Below, one piece after another: positions 1-12,400 of a stretch of 64,000 bases of DNA. The position numbers and the translations under genes were made by a program. Under the pieces are notes generated by a model that saw only the letters and a list, made by a program, of their open reading frames with translations, was not told the origin of the DNA and did not search any database. The stretch comes from Macrostomum lignano (Eukaryota). Numbering within the stretch: the first letter of the stretch is position 1; every line of letters begins with the position of its first letter. Location of the stretch: contig NIVC01000175.1 in the NCBI GenBank assembly GCA_002269645.1, positions 773,029-837,028 on the forward strand, written 5' to 3'.

Positions 1-279
1 TGTATCATCGTCGTTTTAGAGTCGTCTAGATTCGCTTCTTTTCTAAAACAACCTTCTAAGGGACGAAGGGACGCTTCTTCGTCTTACGTAACCGTTTTCA
101 TCGGGTTGATAAATTTGTTAGTGCACATCTAAATAAAAAACACATACTTGCTCCATTTGAAATTCAGTAGTTCAAAAGGTGAGATGCTGAGTATTTAATG
201 CTAACTGGTAACTTCCTGTGTGAACTTCTATGTATACAATATGCTGTGGTGGTTCTTGCTAAATTTTACATCAATGCAG

Positions 280-465
280 ACCGAAAAGACAAGTCGGGCA
301 ATGGCAGTGGCAGTTTTCTTCAGCAGCCGCAGCAGTCAGAGCATCGGCAAAGCCTTCAGCAGCAGCAGCAGCAGCAGCAGCCGCAGCATCCAGGACCAAG
401 CCCTGGCCTAGAAGAAATGGCGATCTGCGATTATGAACGATCACCTGTCAATTTTAGCGGCAAAG
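280..465 (+). CDS. TRPM exon (phase 1-1, Q-rich disordered)
   Basis: atgcag|acc acceptor and aaag|gtgag donor; 186 nt open (DRKDKSG...QQQQ...NFSGK). Confidence 0.65.
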
Positions 466-3400
466 GTGAGAGCAAATCTGATGCTTGTGTTTCTTCCGCG
501 TCAAAATTGTAACAATTGTGTAGAATTTCAAACCATCTTTTCACAAAAAAACTAATCTGTTTGCTTTTTCAAGATCACGCCAGAAAGCGAGACCTGGCCA
601 TTGCTAATAAAATTAGCTCAGATTCAAATGTCACCGCATTTAGCGGAATTATGTTTATGGACGAAGGTATTTTACTTAATTAGGATTAAGCCGATATTTT
701 TTTAAACTTGATATTCAATTGTTAAATATCATTAAAAGTTTTATGTTGTGTTAAGTACGAACTATATTTGCTAAAAGGAGGTCAAGCTGGTGAAGTGGAT
801 TGAGGGTTCATTTAAACAGAAAACAGAAGCCTGAACCCGCCCAACGAACACAGTAGCGATAAAATGGGGCTTTGGGGTTGAGTGGACGAACGAAAGAACT
901 GTTAAGCCAGCACCAATCCAATAAACACAGTAGCGATAAAATGGGGTGTTGGGGTTGAGCGGACGAACAAGAGAACTGATAAGCCAGCGCCAATCCAATG
1001 AACACAGTAGCGATAAAATGGGGTGTTGGGGTTGAGCGGACGAACAAGAGAACTGATAAGCCAGCCAATTCAATGAATACAGGAGCGATAAAATGGGGTG
1101 TTGGGGTTGAGTGGACGAACGAGAAAACTGATAAGCCAGCACCAATCCAATGAACACTGAAACAATAAAATGGGGTACTTGGATTGAGGGGACGAACGAG
1201 AAAATTGATAAACCTTACCTTTAAATGAAGCCAGCACTATTACGAAAGTGACATTTCAGTTTTTTGGGTAGAGAAAGTCCATTTATATAACCTTGCCAGT
1301 TTTCTCAAAATGATTTGGTTATTTAAATCAACAATTTTTTTCGGCATGCGATACTAGCTGTTAATTACTTTTTGCATGCTCGTGGATTATATTATTCGCT
1401 AAACACTCCAATGAACGATCCCCAGACTAAAATTTTAAAGCTTTTCAAAGAAACATGTCCCAAATTTTGTTCAATATTCCGCAGAGGACCAATCATTTGA
1501 CACCAAAGGGATGGGATTCGCTAATCCCATGCTCGACCTGGCCGGAGTCGAGTCGCCCTCATCGGTAGCCGATTTCAACGGAGCTAGCAGGGACGGCTCA
1601 TCTGGGACAAAGAAGGTCAAGAGTAAGTGGACCGTTTTTATTGGTACTGTTTTATTGCGCTCATATTTTTTATATCTTGAGCAGTATATTTAAAGAAATA
1701 TTCAATTATTAATTTGTTTTATTCTGTTCTGTGTAGTGGGAAACTACAGAGGGAAATTATTTTGGGAAAAAGAGAGACAAGTAGGATAAATAGAGCGCCA
1801 GGTAGGATTGATGGAGTGACAAGTAAGATTAATTTAGTGACAAGTAGGATAAATGGAGTGAAAAATAGGATAAATGGAGTGACGAGTAGGATAATTGGAA
1901 TGACAAGTAGGATAAATGGAGTGACAAGTAGGATAAATGGAGTGACAAGGTAAGATAAATGGAGTAACAAATAGGATAAATAGAGTGATAAGTAGGATAA
2001 ATGGGGTTACAAGTATGATAAATGGAGTGATAAGTAGGATAATTGGAATGATAAATGGAGTGACAAGTAGGATAAATGGAGTGACAAGGTAAGATAAATA
2101 GAGTGATAAATAGGATAAATAGAGTGATATGTAGGATTAATAGAATGACAAGTAGGATTAATCGAGTGAAAAGTAGGATAAATGGAGTGAAAAGTAGGAT
2201 AAATGGAGTGACAAATAGGATAAATGGAGTGACAAGTAGGATAAATGGAGTGACAAGTAGGATAAATGGAGTGAAAAGTAGGATAAATGGAGTGACAAAT
2301 AGGATAAATGGAGTGACAAGTAGGATAAATGGAGTGACAAATAGGATAAATAGAGTGACAAGTAGGATTAATGGAGTGACAAATAGGATAAATAGAGTGA
2401 TAAGTAGGATTAATAGAATGACAAGTAGGATTAATAGAGTGAAAAGTAGGATAAATGGAGTGAAAAGTAGGATAAATGGAGTGACAAATAGGATAAATGG
2501 AGTGACAAGTAGGATTAATGGAGTGACAAGTAGAATAAATGGAGTGATAAGTAGGATTAAGAGAGTGACAAGTAGAAGAGAGAGTGACAAGTAGAAGAGA
2601 GAGTGACAAGTAGAAGAGAGAGTGACAAGTAGAAGAGAGAGTGACAAGTAGAAGAGAGAGTGACAAGTAGAAGAGAGAGTGACAAGTAGAAGAGAGAGTG
2701 ACAAGTAGAAGAGAGAGTGACAAGTAGAAGAGAGAGTGACAAGTAGAAGAGAGAGTGACAAGTAGAAGAGAGAGTGACAAGTAGAAGAGAGAGTGACAAG
2801 TAGAAGAGAGAGTGACAAGTAGAAGAGAGAGTGACAAGTAGAAGAGAGAGTGACAAGTAGAAGAGAGAGTGACAAGTAGAAGAGAGAGTGACAAGTAGAA
2901 CAGAGAGTGACAAGTAAGATACAGAGATTGACAAGTCGGATAAAGATAGTAGACAACGCGGATCATGAAGTAACACCCGTGGGTGATGCTGCTGTCAAAA
3001 TTCACATCAGGAGGCAACCGCAAGCTGGTGGTTGCCAGCAGCAACCTCAGACCGGCACTGCGGCGTCGCCGCTCGTCCCTGGAAATGCTCGAACCGGAAG
3101 CGGCCGCGGCACTCCGGCGTCACCAGAAAAGTTTTGATGCCTCCGCTCAGAGCGGAGAAGATTCACCTGCTGTTGAAGGTGGATTGAAAAACTCGACGCT
3201 TTTACAATGCCATCTTTCCTAGAACTAATATAGTCAAATCATGTTTCCTCATAGTTCCTCTTTTAAAATATTTTAAATTTTGTAAATTAATATTTGTACT
3301 TTATTATCGGTGCTGGGTGGTGTTGACGCAATACAATTCCTGTGGTTTAATACGGTTGAATGATTGAGGTGAAGGGAGATGCACAATCGTGAAGGGCTGA

Positions 3401-6400
3401 GACGTAGGGAGATGCACAATCGTGAAGGGCTGAGACGTAGGGAGATGCACAATAGTGAAGGGCTGAGACGTAGGGAGATGCACAATCGTGAAGGGCTGAG
3501 ACGTAGGGAGATGCACAATCGTGAAGGGCTGAGACGTAGAGAGATGCACAATCGTGAAGGGCTGATATGTAGGGAGATGCACAATCGTGAAGGGCTGAGA
3601 CGTAGAGAGATGCACAATCGTGAAGGGCTGAGACGTAGAGAGATGCACAATCGTGAAGGGCTGAGACGTTGGGAGATGCACAATCGTGAAGGGCTGAGAC
3701 GCAGGGAGATGCACAATCGTGAAGGGCTGAGACGTAGAGAGATGCACAATCGTGAAGGGCTGATATGTAGGGAGATGCACAATCGTGAAGGGCTGAGACG
3801 TAGGGAGATGCACAATCGTGAAGGGCTGATATGTAGGGAGATGTACAATCGTGAAGGGCTGAGACGTAGAGAGATGCACAATCGTGAAGGGCTGAGACGT
3901 AGGGAGATGCACAATCGTGAAGGGCTGAGACGTAGGGAGATGCACAATCGTGAAGGGCTGAGACGTAGAGAGATGCACAATCGTGAAGGGCTGATATGTA
4001 GGGAGATGCACAATCGTGAAGGGCTGAGACGTAGGGAGATGCACAATCGTGAAGGGCTGAGACGTAGAGAGATGCACAATCGTGAAGGGCTGATATGTAG
4101 GGAGCTTTCTAATCGCAAAGGGCTCAGATGTAGGGAGATTTCTTATCGTGAAGGGCTGAGATGCAAGGAGATGCACAATCGTGAAGGACTGAGATGTAGG
4201 GAGCTTTATAATCGTGAAGGGCTGAGATGTACTCGTAGGGAGCTTTATAATCGTAAAGGGCTGAGATGTAGGGAGCTTTATAATCGTGAAGGGCTAATAT
4301 GTAGGGAGACTCATAATCGTGAAGGACTGAGATGTAGGGGTGATTTCTAATCGTGAAGGGCTGAGATGTAGGGAGATGCACAATTGTGAAGGGCTGAGAT
4401 GCAGGGATACGTTATGGCGAAGGATTCACAGTGCTTAACTAACACGACAGAGCAGACGCAGGTGTATTAAACCGCGCATCTCCCATCCCCCTGACCTCAG
4501 ACCCACTGCTCGCCCTCCCAGGCAATTTTTTTCGTCTGAAGCGGCGTCGATCTTCATTAGAGTTCATGGAGGCCGTGCGGGCGCCCGCCTCCGGCTCCTC
4601 CGGCCACTCCGGAAAGGGCGCGAATTCACAGCAGATGGGGTCCAAACAGCATCTCAGACAGCAGGAATTGTCAGGGGCCGCCGCTAAGGCTACGAAAGAA
4701 GAAGGTGAGGATCTACTGCCCCATTCCGGTCTCTACTGCCTCCATTCCGCTCTCTACTACCTCTATTCCGCTCACTACTGCCTCCATTCCGGTCTCTACT
4801 GCCTCCATTCCGCTCTCTACTACCTCCATTCCGCTCACTACTGCCTCCATTCCGCACTCTACTGCCTCCATTCCGCTCACTACTGCCTCCATTCCGCACT
4901 CTACTGCCTCCATTCCGCTCTCTACTGCCTCCATTCCGCTCTCTACTGCCTCCATTCCGCTCTCTACTGCCTCCATTCCGCTCTCTTCTGCCTCCATTCC
5001 GCTCTCTACTGCCTCCATTCCGCTCTCTTCTGCCTCCATTCCGCTCTCTTCTGCCTCCATTCCGCTCTCTACTGCCTCCATTCCGCTCTCTTCTGCCTCC
5101 ATTCCGCTCTCTACTGCCTCCATTCCGCTCTCTTCTGCCTCCATTCCGCTCTCTTCTGCCTCCATTCCGCTCTCTACTGTCACCCATCCGCTCTCTACTG
5201 TCACCCATCCGCTCTCTACTGTCTCCCATCCGCTCTCTACTGTCTCCCATCCGCTCTCTACTGTCACCCATCCGCTCTCTACTGTCACCCATCCGCTCTC
5301 TACTGTCACCCATCCGCTCTCTACTGTCACTTATCCGCTCTCTACTGTCACCAATCCGCTCTCTACTGTCACCCATCCGCTCTCTACTGTCACCAATCCG
5401 CTCTCTACTGTCTCTACTGTCACCCATCCGCTCTCTACTGTCACCAATCCGCTCTCTACTGTCACCAATCCGCTCTCTACTGTCACCAATCCGCTCTCTA
5501 CTGTCACCCATCCGCTCTCTACTGTCACCAATCCGCTCTCTACTGTCACCTATCCGCTCTCTACTGTCACCCATCCGCTCTCTACTGTCACCCATCCGCT
5601 CTCTACTGTCACCCATCCGCTCTCTACTGTCACTTATCCGCTCTCTACTGTCACCAATCCGCTCTCTACTGTCACCAATCCGCTCTCTACTGTCACCAAT
5701 CCGCTCTCTACTGTCACCAATCCGCTCTCTACTGTCTCTACTGTCACCCATCCGCTCTCTACTGTCACCAATCCGCTCTCTACTGTCACCAATCCGCTCT
5801 CTACTGTCACCAATCCGCTCTCTACTGTCACCCATCCGCTCTCTACTGTCACCAATCCGCTCTCTACTGTCTCTACTGTCACCCATCCGCTCTCTACTGT
5901 CACCAATCCGCTCTCTACTGTCACCAATCCGCTCTCTACTGTCACCAATCCGCTCTCTACTGTCACCCATCCGCTCTCTACTGTCATCAATCCGCTCTTT
6001 ACTGTCTCTACTGTCACCCATCCGCTCTCTACTGTCACCAATCCGCTCTCTACTGCTTCAGCTAATGTTGATTCTACTTTACTCATTACTGCCTCAAATC
6101 CGTCCTCTACCGTCAACTTCTTTCTACTCTGGGATGTTTAATCTATCAGTCAGTTTCCATCCGTGAGAAAACGGAGCGATGAATCATTCCTAATCCTCTA
6201 CGTTTCGATATCCCGCTCGCAGAATCGAAGCTCAAAACGATTAATCTGGAACGTCCGGCGCGCGAGCTCTTAATCTGGTCTCTGCTTGTTGGCAAGCTGC
6301 AGATGGCCGAACTGTTCTGGACTATGGAGAAGGTGGGATTTGGCTTGCTTGTGTGGGATTTGCGTGGGCCCCCATTATTTGACAAAATCTTCACAGTAAA

Positions 6401-9400
6401 TGTAAAATCAGCAGTAAATGTATACTGCTGAGCGTTATTTTCATCTGGGCTGCTCTACCTCTTACCCTTCACCCACTCTACCTCCCACCCTTCACCCACT
6501 CTACCTCCCACCCTTCACCCACTCTACCTCCCACCCTTCACCCACTCTACCTCCCACCCTTGATCCACTTTACCTCTCACCATTTATCTACTCTACCTCT
6601 CACCGTTCACCCACTCTACCTCTCACCGTTCACCCACTCTACCTCTCACTGTTCACCCACTCTACCTCTCACCGTTAACCCACTCTACCTCTCACTGTTC
6701 ACCCACTCTACCTCCCACCCTTCACCCACTCTACCTCTCACTGTTAACCCACTCTACCTCCCACCCTTCACCCACTCTACCTCCCACCCTTCACCCACTC
6801 TACCTCTCACCCTTGATCCACTCTAACTCTCACCCTTCACCCACTCCACCTCTCACCGTTCACTCCCTCTACTTCTCACCATTTATCCACTGTACCTCTC
6901 ACCATTTATCTACTCTACCGCTCACCGTTCACCCACTCTATTTCTCACCCTACCTATCACCCACCAGGAGCCGGTAGCGGCCGCTCTACTCTCCTCAATG
7001 ATCCTCAAAGCCATGGTTGGCCGCACAGACGATTTCACTGACAAAGAGGATTTCCAACGCGGCGGTGCTCAGTTCGAGGATCACGCCTGGGGAGTGCTGG
7101 ACCAGTGCTACCGGGAGGACGAGCGCAGGGCTCTGCTGCTCATTAACAGGGAGCTGAAGTTCTACGGTGACAGCTCCTGTATCTACCTGGCTGCCGAAGG
7201 TGAGAGCATCAAGTTCATGGCGCACCCGTGCTGTCAAGACTTCCTGACCAGCACTTGGATGGGCCGGCTGAGCGCCAAGAACTCCATGACAAGATTTTCT
7301 ATTGGGATTCTGTGCGGCATCGTGTGCCCCTGGCTTGTGCCCAGCGTCATGTTGTACAAGCTGACCGACAGGGAGATCGAGAGGCAGGTGGCGGAGCAGC
7401 AGCAGCAGAAGACTCCGTCTTTGACTGCTAGAAGCGAGGATGCAGCTGCGGATCCGGAATCTGGCGGGCCGACCTACGAAGGTGGAGACAGGTGAAACTG
7501 GCCTGTGGTTTCACGGACGCTTTTGTTTGTTTGAATGGGTTCCATTTACTCTGTTGTATCCCTTCAACCACTCTACTCTCACACAGCAGCCACTCTGCTC
7601 TCTCCCTTCACCCGCTCTACTCTCTCCCTTCACCCACTCTACTCTCTCCCTTCACCTGCTCTACTTTCTCTCTTCACCAGCTCTACCTCTCACGGTTCAC
7701 CCGCTCAACCTCTCACCCTTCACCCGCTCAACCCTCACCCTTCACCCGCTCTACTCTCTCCCATCACCTGCTCTACTCTCTCTCTTTACGAGCTCTACCT
7801 CTCATGACTCCACAGAGTTGAAATATCCAATACATTTATGGTTCAATCTATTTGATTTGGCGTGTCAGACAGTCTGAGATTCTGTCAGGGATCAGGGTGT
7901 AATGATATTCCTGCATTTGCATCATGTCTATTCTTCTCCCTAATGTCTATATACCTTGAGGAAGCAGATCTGCATAATGCGGGCATATGATAATTACAGC
8001 GTATTAGGCTAAAGAGGAAATTAGTACCATTGTAATTTGTACCGTCCTTTTCCTTTCTTTAGCCTAATTAGTAACTTTGTAAGTCAATCTCACTGAAGCA
8101 GCCAAAGAGTGGCTTTTGTACATCCTTGCAAAACGGAACCAACCCTTTCGACCGCTATTACCTTCTAATTCTTTGAATTGTAAAAGTACACAATTTGATT
8201 CTTTCCTGGGAAGTTGGTCAAGATATTCTTCTAGCGGAAAGCTATTGATATCTGAGAAATATAAGTGACGCAAATGGGAATATCTATTAGATTTTAACTA
8301 AAATATAGATTTGAAACAATGCTGTGAATTTAGAGAATAGAGGGAGATAGGAAATGTAGGGATATGGGGATATGGAGGTGGGAGATGTAGAGAGAAAGGA
8401 GATGTAGGGAGATGGGTAGAGAGATAAGGAGATGGGTAGAGATGTAGGGAGATGGGCAGAGATGTAGGGAGATGGGTAGGGATGTAGGGAGATGGGTAGA
8501 GATGTAGGGAGATGGGCAGAGATGTAGGGAGATGGGTAGAGATGTAGGGAGATGGCAGATGTAGTGAGATGGGAGATGTAGGGAGACAGGAGAGGTAGGG
8601 AGATGGGAGATGTAAGGAGATGGGAAGAGATAGGAAGATTGGAGTTGTAGGGAGATGTGAGATGTAGGGAGATGGGAAATGTAGGGAGATGGGAGATGTA
8701 AGGAGATGGGAAGAGATAAGAAGATTGGAGATGTAGGGAGATGGGAGATGTAAGGAGATGGGAAGAGATAAGAAGATTGGAGATGTAGGGAGATGGGAGA
8801 TGTAAGGAGATGGATTGGTATATTTAAAGACAGACCCTCTGCATTAGCAAGATCAGTATTGTCAGCTCTTCATCTCTCTTACCTTCTTTTATTAGAACAT
8901 ATTCTGCATGGTAACATCTATAGAATTTGGAATTCGATGACTGAGATAGCTTTGTTCAATGTCAAACTTTAAGACCACAAACTTTCAGGAAATCTTTGCT
9001 CAGCCACATCCGGCAGGCCAGCGTGCTCAACTGCGGTCAGACCTGCCAAAGAATGAAAGAGTTCTACATGGCTCCCGTGGTTCGATTCGTGTATAACACG
9101 GTGAGCTTTACCGCCGAGTTCATGCGTCTAGGGAGCCTAATTTGATGTGTCTGTAGTGCCTAATTTGATGTGTCTGTAGTGCCTAATTTGATGTGTCTGT
9201 AGCGCCTAATTTGATGTGTCTGTAGCGCCTAATTTGATGTGTCTGTAGTGCCTAATTTGATGTGTCTGTAGTTCCTAATTTGATGTGTCTGTAGTGTCTA
9301 ATTTGATGTGTCTGTAGTGCCTAATTTGATGTGTCTGTAGTGCCTAATTTGATGTGTCTGTAGTTCCTAATTTGATGTGTCTGTAGTGCCTAATTTGATG

Positions 9401-12400
9401 TGTCTGTAGTGCCTAATTTGATGTGTCTGTAGTGCCTAATTTGATGTGTCTGTAGTGCCTAATTTGATGTGTCTGTAGTGCCTAATTTGATGTGTCTGTA
9501 GCGCCTAATTTGATGTGTCTGTAGTGCCTAATTTGATGTGTCTGTAGTTCCTAATTTGATGTGTCTGCAGTGCCTAATTTGATGTGTCTGTAGTGCCTAA
9601 TTTGATGTGTCTGTAGCGCCTAATTTGATGTGTCTGTAGTGCCTAATTTGATGTGTCTGTAGTGCCTAATTTGATGTTTCTGTCTGTCAGGGATGTCTAA
9701 TGTAGTGTGTCAGGGATGCCGTATGTAGTGTGTCAGGGATGCCTAATGTAGTGTGTCAGGGATCCCTAATGTAGTGTGTCAGAGATCCCTAATGTAGTGT
9801 ATCAGGGATCCCTAATGTAGTGTGTCAGTGATGCAATGCGTCAGGAATGTCTAATGTAGTGTGTCAGGGATGCCTAATGTAGTGTGTCAGGGATGCCTAA
9901 TGTAGTGTGTCAGGGATCCCTAATGTAGTGTGTCAGAGATCCCTAATTTAGTGTGTCAGGGATCCCTAATGTAGTGTGTCAGTGATGCAATGCGTCAGGA
10001 ATGTCTAATGTAGTGTGTCAGGGATCCCTAATGTAGTGTGTCAGTGATGCAATGCGTCAGGAATGCCTAATGTAGTGTGTCAGGGATCCCTAATGTAGTG
10101 TGTCAGAGATCCCTAATTTAGTGTGTCAGGGATCCCTAATGTAGTGTGTCAGTGATGCAATGCGTCAGGAATGCCTAATGTAGTGTGTCAGGGATCCCTA
10201 ATGTAGTGTGTCAGGGATGCCTAATGTAGTGTGTCTGAGATAGAATGTGTCAGGGATGTCTAATATGTCAGGAAAGCCGAATGTAGCGTGTCATGACATG
10301 TCAGGGTGCCAAAATGTGTCCTAAATAGGCACAGGTATTTTCTTTGGTAGTGGAAGCGAAATGGTATTCATTGCGATATGATATAAAAAGTACATAGAGC
10401 CCTTTATCCAGTATCAATAAATAACATTGAACACCTTCCGTGCACTTAAATTTCAGTTCTCCTATCTAACCTTCCTATTCATGTTCAGCTATTTGCTTCT
10501 GTTCGATTTGAAGCACGATTTCACCGTGATGGAGTATATTGTAATTTCCTGGATTGTCACTTTGCTTTTAGAGGAGGTTAAGCAGGTAAGCAGGTGCATC
10601 ACGTGAGGTCTAATGACAATGCTTTCTGAGTCTTTTAATAAAACAATGCCAAACTCAAAGAGTGTAATTGTTGCTTTGAGTTAAGTAATTTTTTAAAAGC
10701 TTTTTGGAATCGAATTGCTCTTGACTGGGTGTGAATCGCAATTGTCAATATTGTGTCTGTTCTCTGACTGCCACCTAAGTGAAATTTGAGGATCGAGAAG
10801 AGAAGAGACTGCAGAAGGACGGGAGAAAAGTTATGACAGATAGCTGAGAGAAGAGATGAGAGGAGGGTAAAGAAGGAAAGATGAGAGCGAGAAAGAGGAG
10901 AAGGGAGAGAGGCGTGAGAGGGGGGATGAGGGGGAGAGGGGAGATGAGGGGAGAAAGGGGGGAGATGAGAGGAGAGAGGGGGAGATGAGGGAGAGAAGGG
11001 AGAGATGAGGGGAGAGAAGGGAGAGATGAGGGGAGACAGGGGGGAGATGAGGGGAGAGAAGGGAGAGATGAGGGGAGAAAGGGGGGAGATGAGGGGAGAG
11101 AAGGGGGAAATGAGGGGAGAGAGGGGAGATCAGTGGAGAGGAGGGGAAAGGAGGGAAGAGGAGGGAGATGAGAGTAGAGAGAGAAGCTTAGATATTTGTT
11201 AATTTTATTTGGCTAATGCTTTGAGTCTGGGAGCGACATAAAAAATCCCAGTGCGTATTTGAACACAGTTGGCACAACTCAGTATTTGAGTTGGAAAATA
11301 TTAGAATCCTAACTAACAGAATCCGTCAATACCTGATCCCATTTCACTTGCCTGTCAACAGCTTCATTATATCCAGTGACAAAGCAAATCCGTGAATGTG
11401 AAATCAACTTCCAAAAATCGTAACTATAGGAATTCGAGCTTTTAGAAGTTTCGCGGAATTCAATTCCGTACTTTTTTAACTCGAATATTAAAATCCATTT
11501 TCATCTTATATATTGGCTAGATTAGCGATCCGCAGCTGTTTCTCACTGATGCTAGCATAGAGCGGCTTAAACTCGTAGGCAGGCTGTGGTTTCAGCCGTG
11601 TGTGTCAATTTTGTTGAATTAATAGTACATACGAGCTATAAATCTATACTTTTTGCTCTGACTAATTATTATTCGTTAAATGAGCTGCAAGAATTTTCCG
11701 GATGGCCTGACGTTTCCTTTCTCGCATTACTAGTATACTTTTACATGTGATAAGCAAGCGCACAGATGCCATGATTAAATATAGCCATTAGAAAATTCTT
11801 AGCTCCGCCTCTGCAGCTTCTTCAAGTTTTCTGCAACAGCTCTATCCTGTTTGAGGCGACATTTTTCCCTGCGTTGGCGACACACGAGCTGTATGACTGC
11901 TATGGCAATTTCAATACATGTAGTTATATCTACAGCACCCCAATGTACACTTTCTTCTGACCAGTCCCTCTCTAGCCCACGCCACCCCAATGTACACTCT
12001 CTCCCGATCAGTCCGTCTCTATCCCCCGTCACCCCAATGTACACTCTCTATCTACCAGCCCCTCTCTATTCCTGCCACCCCAATGTACACTCTCTCCCAA
12101 CCAGTCCCTCTCTATCCCCGCCACCCCAATGTACACTTTCTCCCGACCAGTCCCTCTCTATCCCCCGCCACCCCAATGTACACTCTCTCCCAACCAGTCC
12201 CTCTCTATCCCCGCCACCCCAATGTACACCTTCTTCTGGCCAGTCCCTCTCTATCCCCCGCCACCCCAATGTACACTCTCTCCCGACCAGTCCCTCTCTA
12301 TCCCCCGCCACCCCAATGTACACTCTCTCCCGACCAGTCCCTCTCTATCCCCCGCCACCCCAATGTACACTCTCTCCCGACCAGTCCCTCCCTATCCCCC

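Noticed and set aside
1714-6141. Long repeat-peptide ORFs ([39 protein letters not shown] and others)
   Set aside because: They lie in GT-AG introns of the TRPM gene, are open in several frames on both strands, and simply translate stop-free minisatellite units.
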